The notes: generated by a model from the letters alone, not told the origin. DNA of 64,000 nucleotides from Polyangiales bacterium (GCA_046351515.1 JAXLYJ010000005.1:114892-178891), one strand, 5' to 3'. Counted from the first letter of the stretch, positions 1 through 13,293 are shown. Numbers and translations are program-made.

Positions 1-144
1 GCGGCGAAGCGCGTGGGAGCGATGCGCTCCATCGCGGCAGTGAGGTCGCGAATCGTGTGCATGATCGTGGCGAGTGTACGCCGCATCGACGAGCAACGGT
101 CTGCGCGCGTGGCGCTCGGTCGACGTCGCGGCGAAGGCGCTTCG

Positions 145-1608
145 TCAGCGCTGAAAGCTCCAGTGTTCGATCGCGCTCAAGTGCAGCGCTGCGACGGGAA
201 CCTCGATCCACATCCGCGGACCCGCGAGCACCGCGAGCATCTCCGACTGCGGGAGGTATCGTTGCGCGGCCAGCTTCACTTCGCGCGCGGTGACAGCGCG
301 GATCGCGCGATCGAGCCTCGAGTGATAGTCCAGCGGAAGATCGTAGAGATAAATCTCGCTCACGACCTGCGCGGCGGCGGGCGCAGAAGCAAACGACTCT
401 TGCAGCTCCGAGCGCTCGAGCGCACGCGCAGCGGCGAGCTCTTCGTCCGTCGCTTCGGTCTCGCGAAGCGCGCGCACTTCGTCGAGCAGCCGAGCGAGGC
501 CCACCCCAGCCTGCTGCGTCTCGACGGCGGCGCTGGCCATGATCAGGCCGCCGAAGCGCGAGAGCGTGAGCGCCGAGAAGGCTCCGTACGAGTAGCCCTC
601 GTCTTCGCGCAGGGCGAGGTTGAGGCGTGAAGAGAACATTCCTCCGAGCACGCGCTCGAGGACGATGAGCGTGGGCCAATCTTGGTTGTGCCGCGGCGGT
701 CCGGGCCACACGACGAACAGCTGCGTGTGCTCTCCGCCCCTGGTGTCGACGATGTGAACGCGCGCCGGCCGTCGCGGCGCCATGACGCCCGCGCTGCGCT
801 CAGGCGGCGGTGCGCCCTCGACGCTCCACGCGCCAAACGTCCGGTCCATCGCCGCGCGCACGGTCTCGAGCTCGCCGCCTGCGACGATCACCGCGCTCAA
901 CGCCGGGCGAAAGTACGTCCTGTGAAACTGCGCGAGCTGCTCCACGGTTCGACCGCGGATCTCGGGACCGAGGCCGGTCTCCGGGCGTCCGTACGGATGC
1001 GCGGGACCAAAGATGAATTCGTGTGCCATCAATCGAGGCATGCGCCGGGGCGAGAGCACGTCCGTCGCGCGCTCGTCCATTTGCGCGATTTGCAGCGCGG
1101 CGAAATCGCGCGGATCGAAGGCGGGCTCGCGCACGGCCTCGACCATCAACCCAGCGACGCGCTCGAAGTCCTCGGGCAGCGACGCGGCCGCGAGGCAGGT
1201 GCCGGCGCGAGTGGTCTGGATCGTCAGGCGCGTTCCGAGCGCGGCGAACGCGAGCGCGAGCGCCGCGCCAGGGTGCGAGCGCGTGCCCTCGGCGAGCATC
1301 GCGGCGGTGATCGACGGCAAGCCTGCCTGCACCGAGACGTCGTCCTCTGCCGCGCGGGCGTTGCAGTAGCGAAGGGCGATCCGCGAGCCTGCGACAGGCA
1401 CGTGCAAAAGGGGCACGGCGTTCGCGAGCGTCGTGCGAGTCGCCGTCGGGGCGGTCCAATCGAGCTCTGGTTGCAGCTCGGGCGGCGTTCGCGCGACGTC
1501 GTTGCGCGCGATCGACGACGGCGCGGGCAGCGGCGCGCGCGTTCGCGCGGAGGCGCAGCTCGCCACGGTGATCGCCGCGAGCAGCGCTGACGGGTGCGCG
1601 CGCTTCAT
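145..1608 (-). CDS. M16 family peptidase, second (non-catalytic-type) subunit; no HxxEH motif
   Basis: C-terminal 488 aa of the long ORF 145..3120, starting MKRAHPSALLAAITVASC. The sequence is insulinase/pitrilysin-like (typical M16 LxxEGT-like segment, AMLAEGT), consistent with a second M16 subunit. The ATG at 1606-1608 overlaps the stop of the upstream gene (ATGA coupling). Confidence 0.75.
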   Translation of the reverse strand: MKRAHPSALLAAITVASCASARTRAPLPAPSSIARNDVARTPPELQPELDWTAPTATRTTLANAVPLLHVPVAGSRIALRYCNARAAEDDVSVQAGLPSITAAMLAEGTRSHPGAALALAFAALGTRLTIQTTRAGTCLAAASLPEDFERVAGLMVEAVREPAFDPRDFAALQIAQMDERATDVLSPRRMPRLMAHEFIFGPAHPYGRPETGLGPEIRGRTVEQLAQFHRTYFRPALSAVIVAGGELETVRAAMDRTFGAWSVEGAPPPERSAGVMAPRRPARVHIVDTRGGEHTQLFVVWPGPPRHNQDWPTLIVLERVLGGMFSSRLNLALREDEGYSYGAFSALTLSRFGGLIMASAAVETQQAGVGLARLLDEVRALRETEATDEELAAARALERSELQESFASAPAAAQVVSEIYLYDLPLDYHSRLDRAIRAVTAREVKLAAQRYLPQSEMLAVLAGPRMWIEVPVAALHLSAIEHWSFQR

Positions 1609-3110
1609 CGTCGGCCTCCACACGAGACGAGCTCGCCGAGGTCCGAGGTGACCGCGCGCTGCGTCGCGCTGTCGATCGTCGACGCTCGCGCGATCTCGTG
1701 CTCTGCGCTGCTCGATCGATGGAGGGTCGCGACGAGGCGTCGATGGTTCGCGATGGCGCGCTGCGCGACGGACTGAATCTGCGCGGCGGTGACGGCGCGA
1801 TAGCGCTCGATGTCTCGTTCGGACAGGTCGGCATCGGGCTGCGATTGCTCGCTGTAGAGCGCGAGCTGCTCGGCTCGCGCCGCGGGATCGCTCGGGGCGC
1901 GCCGCAGAGCATCGATGAACGCCCGCTTGGCCGCGGCGAGCTCGGCCTCGCTCACGGGCGTGGTCCGAAGCCGCTCGAGCTCTTCGTCGACGATCCCGAG
2001 CGCCTGGTTGGCGTTGTGCTCTTCGGTGCAGCTCACGTTGATCGAGAACTCCGACGAGAGCGCCGAGCTTCGCTGCGAGACGCTCACGTCCTCCGCGTAG
2101 TCGAGCGCGCGGACGAGCCTGCGTTGCAGGCGCCCGACCGCGGCGTCGCCGAGGACGAACGCGATGAGGTCGAGCGCGGCGTCGTCGCCACGAAAATACG
2201 CGTCGGTGATCCACCGCACCGAGAGGCGGTCGCTGTACACCAACGCGTCGAGGTTGACCGCGCGCGCGCTGGTGATGGACGGCGGCGGCGAGACCGAGCG
2301 CTGCGGCGCGGGCAGGCCGACGATCGCGCCGAAGTACTGCTCGATCCACGCGCGCGTCGCCGCGGTGTCGAACGGTCCGACGACGACGAGCGTCGCGTTG
2401 GCGGGCGTGTAGTACCGCTCGTGAAACCAGCGGACGTTGTCGAGCGTGATGGCCTCGAGGTCGTCGGCGAACTCGGTGCGCTCGAAGTACGGGTGCCACT
2501 CGGGGTAGAGCTCGTGCCAGATCGACCGCAGAAAACGCAGAAACGCTGCGCCGCCTCGCTCGCGACCCTCGTTGCGCACGACGCGCTTCTGCGTGGCGAG
2601 CGCTTGAACGTTGAGCCGACGAAACGAGTAGCCCATGCGCTCGCTCTCGAGCCACAGGGCGCGCTGCAGGTGCTGAGCCGGGACGCTCTCGGAGTACATC
2701 GTCGCGTCGGGCGTGGTCTCGCCGTTGACGTGCGTGGCGCCCATGGCTTCGAGCAGCGCGATGTAGTGGCGCGCGCCAGCGTAGGGCGGCTCGAACATGA
2801 GGTGCTCGCACAGGTGCGCGAGGCCTGTGTATCCCTGGGGTTGATCGCGGGTTCCGACGTGGTAGCGGAGGTGGATCGCGACGTGCGTCGCTTCGGCGTG
2901 CGGCTCGAGCACGACCTCGAGCCCGTTGCGCAAGCGATAGCGCTCTGTGCGTTGCTGCGTTTGCGGCGCCGCGCTGACGGCGCTCGGCGCTCGCTCGGCG
3001 CTCTGCGCGAAGCTCGCGCGAGCCTCGAGCATCACCACGAGCGCCGCTGCGCACCACCCCACTCGATGTGTCCCGTTCATCGTGCGGGGGATCACAGCGC
3101 ACAACCCCAC
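1605..3110 (-). CDS. M16 family zinc peptidase (insulinase-like), catalytic subunit with inverted zinc motif HLCEH
   Basis: 501 aa ORF with an HxxEH motif (HLCEHLMFE) and an N-terminal signal-like segment. It is in a different frame from downstream gene 145..1608. Alternative start at MNGTHR (3080). Confidence 0.85.
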   Translation of the reverse strand: MGLCAVIPRTMNGTHRVGWCAAALVVMLEARASFAQSAERAPSAVSAAPQTQQRTERYRLRNGLEVVLEPHAEATHVAIHLRYHVGTRDQPQGYTGLAHLCEHLMFEPPYAGARHYIALLEAMGATHVNGETTPDATMYSESVPAQHLQRALWLESERMGYSFRRLNVQALATQKRVVRNEGRERGGAAFLRFLRSIWHELYPEWHPYFERTEFADDLEAITLDNVRWFHERYYTPANATLVVVGPFDTAATRAWIEQYFGAIVGLPAPQRSVSPPPSITSARAVNLDALVYSDRLSVRWITDAYFRGDDAALDLIAFVLGDAAVGRLQRRLVRALDYAEDVSVSQRSSALSSEFSINVSCTEEHNANQALGIVDEELERLRTTPVSEAELAAAKRAFIDALRRAPSDPAARAEQLALYSEQSQPDADLSERDIERYRAVTAAQIQSVAQRAIANHRRLVATLHRSSSAEHEIARASTIDSATQRAVTSDLGELVSCGGRR

Positions 3111-3378
3111 GGCGCTGCAATCACATTGTCCGATCGGTCAGCGCGCGGCGTCGCGATCGTTCGCTGGCGCGTTGAACGAGTACGTCCCCGGAATCCTCGA
3201 CGGATCCCGCACCACCGGCGGAACGCTGTTCACGTTGCGCACGCTCGCTGCGCTCGTTGTCGGCGGCTGCGCAGGGACGCCGATGGTCGCGCTGTCGCAG
3301 CGGCACCCCGCGAGCGAGGAGAGCGAGACGGTGAGCGCGCACGCGAGGGCGAAGGCAGCGCGCGCGCGAGCGATCGGC

Positions 3379-4227
3379 TCACGACGCGGCGGCGTCGGGC
3401 GGGAGCTCGTCAGCGTGGTGATCGTCGCGTTCATCGCCGGGTACATAGCGCGCGACTTGGATGTGTGGCGAGAGCTCGAGGATGCCGAGCGCGGCGAAGG
3501 CGCGGATGACGTACCAGGTGGGGTCGATCTCCCACGAACGGGCCGCGAAATTCGGGGCCATTCCGAACTTGTGGTGGTTGTTCTGAAAGAGCTCTCCGCC
3601 CGTGAGAAAGTCGAACGGAAGGGTGTTCACGCTGCGGTCGCGCGTCGCGAAGTTGCGGTAGCCGTACTTGTGTCCGCACCAGTTGACGATCGCGCCGTGC
3701 ACCGGGCCCATGAGGTAGTGGATCGGCAGCAGCGCGAACCACGCCCAGTGCGGCGCGAACTTGATGTACACGAGCGTGTAGAGCACGCCCCACGCGATGC
3801 GCGTGATCCACGCGTCGCCGATGGCGTCGAGAAGAGGCCACGAGGGAGTGTCTCCTTCGAAGCGCTTCTCGGTGCGGATCGAGCCCGAGAGCAGGCCCTG
3901 ATAGCGCTGCTTGGTCTTCCACATCATCGCGAAGAGGTTCGGGTACGTGTGGGGCGAGTGCGGGTCGCGATCGCCGTCGCTGAACGCGTGGTGCTCGCGG
4001 TGCAGAAGCGCGTACGCGCGAGGGTTCAGGTACGAGCTGCCCTGAAACACGAACGTGGCGAAGTGAAAGACGCGCTCCCAAAAGGGGCTCAGCTTGAACA
4101 TTCCGTGCGCCGCGTATCGGTGCAGATAGAACGTCTGAAAGAACACCGACAGCGCCCAGTGGGCGATGAAGAACGCAATGATCACGAACACGGCAACCTC
4201 GCTTCGAGCGCGCCGCTCGCTCGTCAC
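3379..4227 (-). CDS. membrane fatty-acid desaturase (acyl-CoA/acyl-lipid delta-9 desaturase family)
   Basis: His boxes HRYAAH, HREHH and HNNHH, with hydrophobic TM segments. Confidence 0.85.
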   Translation of the reverse strand: MTSERRARSEVAVFVIIAFFIAHWALSVFFQTFYLHRYAAHGMFKLSPFWERVFHFATFVFQGSSYLNPRAYALLHREHHAFSDGDRDPHSPHTYPNLFAMMWKTKQRYQGLLSGSIRTEKRFEGDTPSWPLLDAIGDAWITRIAWGVLYTLVYIKFAPHWAWFALLPIHYLMGPVHGAIVNWCGHKYGYRNFATRDRSVNTLPFDFLTGGELFQNNHHKFGMAPNFAARSWEIDPTWYVIRAFAALGILELSPHIQVARYVPGDERDDHHADELPPDAAAS

Positions 4228-4409
4228 CGACGAGCATCGACGCGCGCTACGACTGTTGGTGTCGCACCCTGGGGTGTGAGCGTCGTTCGCGCTCGGTCAC
4301 AACTCGGTCACGACCAACGCGATTTCGACTGCAAATTCACTGATGAAACGGCAGTGATCCGAGCGTGACACGACTGTGACCCGCCCGCGCGATCCCCGTG
4401 CGACCGGGG

Positions 4410-5552
4410 CTACGGGCGCGCGAGCACCGCGCGGTGATCGAGGTCGAAGAGCTGATAGTCCTCGGGTTCGCAGTCGAGCATGGCGCCGTCCAGGTGCACG
4501 AGGACCGCGGCCGAAGCGCTGTGCGAACCGTGATCGACGCGCGGAGCGTAGTGCCATCGCCCGTCGTCGACCGAGAGCGTGCGGAGGCGTCCGACGGTGG
4601 AGTGCGTGGGATCGAGCCCGAGGAGCTGCAGGGATTTCTTGTCGCGAATGTGCCCGATCGCTTGCGTCAGGGACGGGGCGAGGGCGCTGACGTGCGTGCG
4701 ACGACGGAGGCCATCGACGCGGGTCGACCATCGGTCGGGCGGCTGATTGGTGAAGCGATGGTAGAGGACGCCAGCGCCTTCGCCCTGAGCATTTCCAGGA
4801 GAATGAAGGATGTCGACGGAGAGCGAGTCGCCCCGCCAGCGGCGCAGCGCGCGCGCGAACCGCTCTTGCAACGCGAGCGAGACCGCATCGGGGTCGCGTC
4901 GAGCGCGCTCGTCGAGGGCGAGGGCGTCGAGCTCGTGGTTGGACACGCCCGCGTGGGTGAGCAGGACGCCGCCGAGCGAGCAGGACAGGCGCAGGCGACC
5001 GGCGCGGAGCAGCGCGGCGACCCAATCGCGCTGCGAGGCGCGAAACGCGCTCAAATCGCGGGAGGCGACCTCCCAGCTCGGCAGGTCGAACTCCGAGCAA
5101 AAGTGCGCTTCGGGCCGCAGCGGTTGTTGATCGCGATAGCCGCGGTCGGCCTCGTCGCGGGCGCGTTCGTACTGGTGGTCGTTGAAGTGGGCGAGCTCGC
5201 CGACGCGGGCCAGGTCGTGGTTTCCCGCGAGGAGGATCGCTTGATCCGCAGGGTGGCTGCTCAGCCAGGCGAGCAGCCGGAGGCCGTCGTAGGTGGCGCG
5301 GGCGCGGTCGCGGACGGGGCCCCAGTCGAAGTGGTCGCCGATGGAGACGAGGCGCACGTCGTCGAAGAGCGTTCCGTTGTCGGCGAGCAGGCCGTTGGCA
5401 GCGAGGATGTGCAGAAAGGTCTCGAGGGGCGCCTGCGGGTCGCCGACGGCGACGGTGCGGCGCCAGCGCTGGCGACCGGACGGCGGGGCGGAGTACGGGG
5501 CGCCTTCGGCGAGGACCGTGGCGAGGGCGAGGGCAGCGGGAACCTGTTCCAT
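4410..5552 (-). CDS. metallophosphoesterase (calcineurin-like phosphoesterase)
   Basis: GDHFD and GNHD motifs. Start at MEQVPAALALA (ATG 5552, in frame with ORF 4410..6116). The upstream part of that ORF looks non-coding. Confidence 0.7.
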   Translation of the reverse strand: MEQVPAALALATVLAEGAPYSAPPSGRQRWRRTVAVGDPQAPLETFLHILAANGLLADNGTLFDDVRLVSIGDHFDWGPVRDRARATYDGLRLLAWLSSHPADQAILLAGNHDLARVGELAHFNDHQYERARDEADRGYRDQQPLRPEAHFCSEFDLPSWEVASRDLSAFRASQRDWVAALLRAGRLRLSCSLGGVLLTHAGVSNHELDALALDERARRDPDAVSLALQERFARALRRWRGDSLSVDILHSPGNAQGEGAGVLYHRFTNQPPDRWSTRVDGLRRRTHVSALAPSLTQAIGHIRDKKSLQLLGLDPTHSTVGRLRTLSVDDGRWHYAPRVDHGSHSASAAVLVHLDGAMLDCEPEDYQLFDLDHRAVLARP

Positions 5553-5623
5553 GCTCAGCGTTTTCGAGAAAGACTGTGCGGGTCTACAACGGGTCTTCCG
5601 TCGCGACCGCGAGAGAACGTAGG

Positions 5624-6161
5624 ATGCCGACGCCTGATTCTGCACCGCAACGGGCGGACGGCATCGGACCAAAGGGACAGAGAGACGTGTACGAGCGGCT
5701 GTTGCGCCCCGACCGACCTCGGCTCGCCGAGGCCTTGAAGATCGTCGAGAACCTCTATGACGCGAAAGAAGCGTGGGAGACGCTCTCGACGCGTGGTCTC
5801 GTTCCGCGTGAGTGGTTGAGCCGCGACGATCGTTCGTATGTGCTCGACGCGCCCGACGGATCGCGCCGCGGATATTTTCCGCCGAGCATCCGGATGGCTG
5901 TCGCTCGCGTGCGACATGAGCAACATCCTCGCGGCCGAAGAGATCGCGCGGCGAAACGCGAAGGACATCCGCAATCCGCAGCGGGTCGTGTGGCGTTGCC
6001 TTCGCGCAGAGACCGTCAACGCGTACCGCGACTCGCTCACACGTTCGCTCAAAGACGGCAACGTGACGATGCCCGCGGACCTCATCGCGACGGGGTACGT
6101 GCAGGATCCGTATCACACCGAGTCGCTCATGCTGCTCGTGCCCGAAGCGCCGCAGTCCTGA
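5624..6161 (+). CDS. hypothetical protein, apparently split over two frames (frameshift near 5880-5915)
   Basis: Protein-like translation MPTPDSAPQRADG...SYVLDAPDGSRRGYFPPS in frame 2 continues as protein-like ...LACDMSNILAAEEIARRNAKDIRNPQRVVWRCLRAETVNAYRDSLTRSLKDGNVTMPADLIATGYVQDPYHTESLMLLVPEAPQS* in frame 0. The Arg-rich continuation of frame 2 looks artefactual. Confidence 0.35.
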
Positions 6162-6269
6162 ACGGCGCGCGGCTGATCGAGTGCGGCAGCCTCAGCCGCG
6201 CATGGTGCGTCGCGCTCTCGCTGCCGCGCCTCACCGTCGCTCGCTCACCGCGCGCCGCCCGTCGCTCGC

Positions 6270-6914
6270 TCAGCGCGCCGCCAGGCCCAGTCTCGCGCGG
6301 CAGCGATTGCAGAGCCGCCCGCTGCTCTGGTCGATCGTGCGCACCGTGCCTCGCGCGTCGGTCATCAGGCAGCGCGTGTCGGGACAGTGGTCGAGCCCGA
6401 GCGTGTGACCCACCTCGTGAACGCACGTCGTCACCATGCGAAAGCGCACCTGCGCTTCGTCGCGCGCGTTGCGACGACAGCGAAACATCGAGATCACGCA
6501 CGCAGGCCCCGGCAGATCGCCCAGCCCCAGGATGCCCCAGTCGTACACGCCATGCGCGCTCGTCGAGATGTCGACCTCGGTCACGCCCAAGATGCGATTG
6601 ACCGGAGCGCGCACGCGGCCTCGAAGAAAATCGAGCAGACGCTCGGCGCGATACCGTCGATTGCGCGCGTAGTACGCGGCGCGCGGCAGGTCCACGGAGC
6701 TCTCTCGCTGCACCGCCACGCCGAACTCGGCCGTCAGTCCGTTGGCGATCTGGTCGAACAGCGCCGAGTCGAACGAGCCGAGCGGCTGCACGGCGACCCG
6801 CGCGTCCTGCGGGCGAATCGCCATCGACTCGTACGATTGTGAGCGCGCGATCGACGGCGTCGCGACGAGCGCGAGCGACCCGAGCGCCGCGCGGCGAGAG
6901 AGCGTGATGGCCAT
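6270..6914 (-). CDS. archaemetzincin-like zinc metalloprotease
   Basis: HEVGHTLGLDHCPDTRCLM...CNRC matches the archaemetzincin HExxHxxGxxHC...C...CxxC signature. 214 aa, signal-like N-terminus MAITLSRRAALGSLALVATPSIA. Confidence 0.7.
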   Translation of the reverse strand: MAITLSRRAALGSLALVATPSIARSQSYESMAIRPQDARVAVQPLGSFDSALFDQIANGLTAEFGVAVQRESSVDLPRAAYYARNRRYRAERLLDFLRGRVRAPVNRILGVTEVDISTSAHGVYDWGILGLGDLPGPACVISMFRCRRNARDEAQVRFRMVTTCVHEVGHTLGLDHCPDTRCLMTDARGTVRTIDQSSGRLCNRCRARLGLAAR

Positions 6915-6981
6915 GGGCTGCCGCTGAGCGTACCGCGTTCGGAACGCGCATCCCCGAACCGCCGCCCCCCACGACGTCACG

Positions 6982-7539
6982 GTGGAGGCTCTCTGCATCA
7001 ACCTATGCCGCGCGCAGTGCTTCGGCGATGCAGCGCTCCGTGGGGCCGTCGTGCGCGAGCCTCGCGCTGGCGCTACCATCGGAAGCGCTGTGCCTGTGGA
7101 CAACGATGCGCGCGCTGAGGCGCGGACCCTGTTGCGAGCGCTGTGGACGCGCACTCGCATTCCGATGAACCGAGGCAACGCGCTCGCGTACGGCGAGCTC
7201 ATCCTCGGGCTCGCTCCCGATCGCCTTCGCCCCGCGATCGAAGAGCTCGTCGCAGACGGAACGGTGATCGCCGACGGCGCCGCGGACGACGCGCTGCTTC
7301 TGTGGCCCGGCGAGAACCGCCCGTCGCTCGGGCCCAAGACCGTGCAAGAAGCGCAGACCCTCGAGCGGCTGAACCAAGAGGCGTCCGTTCCGGTCCCGAC
7401 CAAGACGCCGCAGTGGATGCTCGCGAAGCGCGAGCCCGATCCCGTGGTGATCGACAAGAAGAGCGTCGTGGCCTCGGCGCGCTCTCGTTTCTCTTCGGCC
7501 CGCTCGGTTGGCTCTACGCCGCGCCGCTCAAAGACGTAG
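6982..7539 (+). CDS. hypothetical protein (soluble domain); likely continues by -1 frameshift into a 2-TM segment (to about 7723)
   Basis: Protein-like 185 aa ORF. Frame 0 from about 7443 encodes the hydrophobic segment GALSFLFGPLGWLYAAPLKDVAVGFFAFSAITTLAALLLPGSLATLVGALASFGSGVLGMSY with no start codon of its own. Confidence 0.35.
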   Translation: MEALCINLCRAQCFGDAALRGAVVREPRAGATIGSAVPVDNDARAEARTLLRALWTRTRIPMNRGNALAYGELILGLAPDRLRPAIEELVADGTVIADGAADDALLLWPGENRPSLGPKTVQEAQTLERLNQEASVPVPTKTPQWMLAKREPDPVVIDKKSVVASARSRFSSARSVGSTPRRSKT

Positions 7540-7787
7540 CCGTGGGCTTCTTCGCGTTCAGCGCGATCACCACCCTCGCGGCTCTTCTGCTGCCTGGATC
7601 GCTCGCGACCCTGGTGGGCGCGCTCGCCTCGTTCGGCTCGGGCGTGCTCGGGATGTCCTACGCGCACCAGTACAACAAGCGCGGAAAGCGCACGCGCTGC
7701 TCGACGCCAAGACCGGCGAGTGAGCGCGCACGGCGGCTGAGAGCGCTCGCCCACACAATCAAGCGGTCAGAGAAAATACCGTCGATT

Positions 7788-8941
7788 TCACCGTTCGCAT
7801 CGCTCGCGGATGACCGCTGCGATCCGGCGCCACAGCGCGTTGAAGTGGTCCGTGGCGAACCCCGAGTTCGACCGCATGAAGGTCATCCCCGCGCCGTCGT
7901 AATGGCCGATCACGTCGAGGTGGTCCGCCGAAATGAGCCCCGCCGCGCGGCCGTCGATCGTCTGCGACCACGCGGGGACGATCCCGTCGTTCGACCGCGC
8001 TTCGTCCGCGCGCAGGCCGTTGGGGCGGCCGAGGATCCACGGGCCGACCGGCCAGCGGGCGATCGAGGGGGCGTTCCGCGCGTGAGTCGTTGCGTGAGCA
8101 GAAAGAGCGCGCGACGCACGGGATCGCGCGCGATCGCGGTGAGGTCCGCGAGCGCGCGGCCCGGCTGCGGAGCGACGGTGACGAAGCAGTGCAAGTGCTT
8201 GTGATCGTGGCCGCTGATCGCTCGGTCGAGGTCGGTCATCGCCGCCACCGTCAGGTCGCCCACGAGCCGATGATCGCGAACGACCTCGTCGAGAAAGCGC
8301 CGAATATCCCTGGCCGTCTGCGTGTCGACGTCCGCGAGCCTCGCGATGAGCTCGGCCTCCGGCGTGGACTTGCGCACGATGATCTCTTCGATCGTCTCGA
8401 TGATGGCGCCGACGTGCCCGGCGACCGTGAGCGCGTCGCGCGAGGCGATGATGCTCCCGAGCCAAAGACCGGGGATCGCGACGGCCATCGTGGGAGACAG
8501 GTTCGACGCGAGCGGCGTCCCGCGGTGCGGCGCGGACACGGTGAGCACCGAGCGAACTCGGTCGATCACCGCGCGGCGCTGTGACGCCTCTGGAGCTCCG
8601 GGCCAGAGATAGCGCGGATTGGTGACGAGCCGCGCGTCCACGCCGCCGGTCGAGTGCCCCACGAGGTGCACGTCGGTGATGGGCTGTCCGTCGATCCCGT
8701 CGCGCAGGATCGCCTCGATCGCGCGATACAACGACGCAGCGCGAGCGCTGAGCGGGCCGGTCGGCGGCGGCTGGTGAACGATCACCGGCGTGCGCGCGCC
8801 GAGCTCTGTGCGAAGCACCGAACGCGCGAACTTCACGTACTCGATGATGGGCGCGCCCGTTGGACCAAACGATCCGAAGCCGAAGAAGCCAGGGACGAAG
8901 ACGATCGCGTGTGTGGGTGTCATTGCGTGGGCATCACTCAT
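7788..8941 (-). CDS. alpha/beta-hydrolase lipase/esterase (GHSTGG nucleophile elbow); apparent 1-nt frameshift near 8075-8095
   Basis: N-terminal part in the frame of ORF 7910..8941 (VFVPGFFGF...HLVGHSTGGVDARL). C-terminal part with catalytic Asp/His (NDGIVP, DHLDVIGH) in the frame of ORF 7788..8465. The junction lies at a G5/C5 run (8077-8081). Confidence 0.6.
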
Positions 8942-8997
8942 GGCGTGCGCAGGGATGGAGGGGCGCGCGAGAGGCTGAGCGAAACTGCGCGCGAGGT

Positions 8998-10074
8998 ATG
9001 TTACGAGAGGACCGAGGTGTCTCTGTGATCGGCGTGGTGATCAACCCGTTTTCTCGGCGCAATCGTGGACAGACCGGACTGAAGCGCAGGCTCGAAAAGC
9101 TGCTCGGCTCGCACGGACGAGTGGTCGAGACCTACAGCACGGACGCGATCATCCCCGCGCTCAAGCAATTCGCAGACGAGGGGCGAAAGTACTGGGTGGC
9201 CGACGGCGGTGACGGCGCGCTGCACTGGATGATCAACGGCGCTGCACGATACTTCGGGCCGCAGCAGGCGACGAAGATCGCGCGCTACGTTCCCACCGGA
9301 GGCGGCTCGGTGGACTTCGTCGCCAAAGGGCTCGGGATCGATCGCGATCCGAGCGCCGTGCTCGCGCGGCTGGTGGCCACGATCTCCAAGGGCGGCGAGC
9401 CCAAGTACGTCCCGCTGCGCACGATGGAGTGCGACGGGACGCAGCTGCTCTACGGTGATTCGCGCGAGCACTTTCGGCGGTACGCGTTCGCGACGGCCTT
9501 CGCGGGGTACGGCGCGAATTTCTTCGGCCCGTTGCACGAGGGCAGCGGAGAGAAATCGCCCACGCGCATCGCGGGGTTGATGGGCCTCGCGTTCGGCGCC
9601 GCCGCGGGGCGCGCGGTGTTTCAAGGGCCCGCCGCGCGGTTCAAGCCGAAGACGCTGGCCAAGGCCGAGTACGATTTCTTGCATCCCTTGCGGGCCGAAG
9701 TGCTGATCGACGGAGAGCCGCAGCGCGACCGCAACGGCGCCGTGCTCGAGTCGTTCACCGTGCTGCAGTGCGCGGCGCTGCCGCTGTCGATCGCGGGGAT
9801 TCTGCGGGTGTTTCCGCTGGCCAACAACGAGCAGATGCACGTGCACGCAGGGATGGTCTCGGGCGTCGAGGCCGCCCGCGTCTGGCCGTCGCTCATGACC
9901 GGAAAGCGCGTGCAACACATGCTCCCCGACGCGTACGACGGTCCCGCGAAGCAGATCGAGATTCGCTGCCTGCACGGCGACGAGATGAACCCCGTTCTCG
10001 ATGGCGAGGTGTTCTTTCGGCTCCAATCGCTGACGGCGCGGCTCGGGCCGGTGTTCGAAATGGCCGTTCCGTAG
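8998..10074 (+). CDS. diacylglycerol-kinase catalytic-domain lipid kinase (YegS/BmrU-like)
   Basis: GGDGALH motif and DAGK_cat-like N-terminus VIGVVINPFSRRNRG. Start at ATG 8998 or GTG 9020. The upstream Arg-rich extension is probably not translated. Confidence 0.7.
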   Translation: MLREDRGVSVIGVVINPFSRRNRGQTGLKRRLEKLLGSHGRVVETYSTDAIIPALKQFADEGRKYWVADGGDGALHWMINGAARYFGPQQATKIARYVPTGGGSVDFVAKGLGIDRDPSAVLARLVATISKGGEPKYVPLRTMECDGTQLLYGDSREHFRRYAFATAFAGYGANFFGPLHEGSGEKSPTRIAGLMGLAFGAAAGRAVFQGPAARFKPKTLAKAEYDFLHPLRAEVLIDGEPQRDRNGAVLESFTVLQCAALPLSIAGILRVFPLANNEQMHVHAGMVSGVEAARVWPSLMTGKRVQHMLPDAYDGPAKQIEIRCLHGDEMNPVLDGEVFFRLQSLTARLGPVFEMAVP

Positions 10075-10152
10075 GCGCTCGCGGACAGCCGCCTCGTTGC
10101 TCGCCTGTGTAATGCGCCAGCGACGATCGCCGGAGTACAGTCCGACGAACCG

Positions 10153-13289
<3,137 letters not shown>

Positions 13290-13293
<4 letters not shown>

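Noticed and set aside
145-3120. Single 991 aa ORF
   Set aside because: It merges two genes. Its upstream two-thirds is Arg-rich out-of-frame read-through over the catalytic M16 gene (1605..3110, a different frame). Only the C-terminal 488 aa (145..1608) are coding.
1698-4368. Plus-strand ORFs 1698..3509 and 2947..4368
   Set aside because: Antisense to the M16 peptidase and desaturase genes. Low-complexity Arg/Ala-rich translations.
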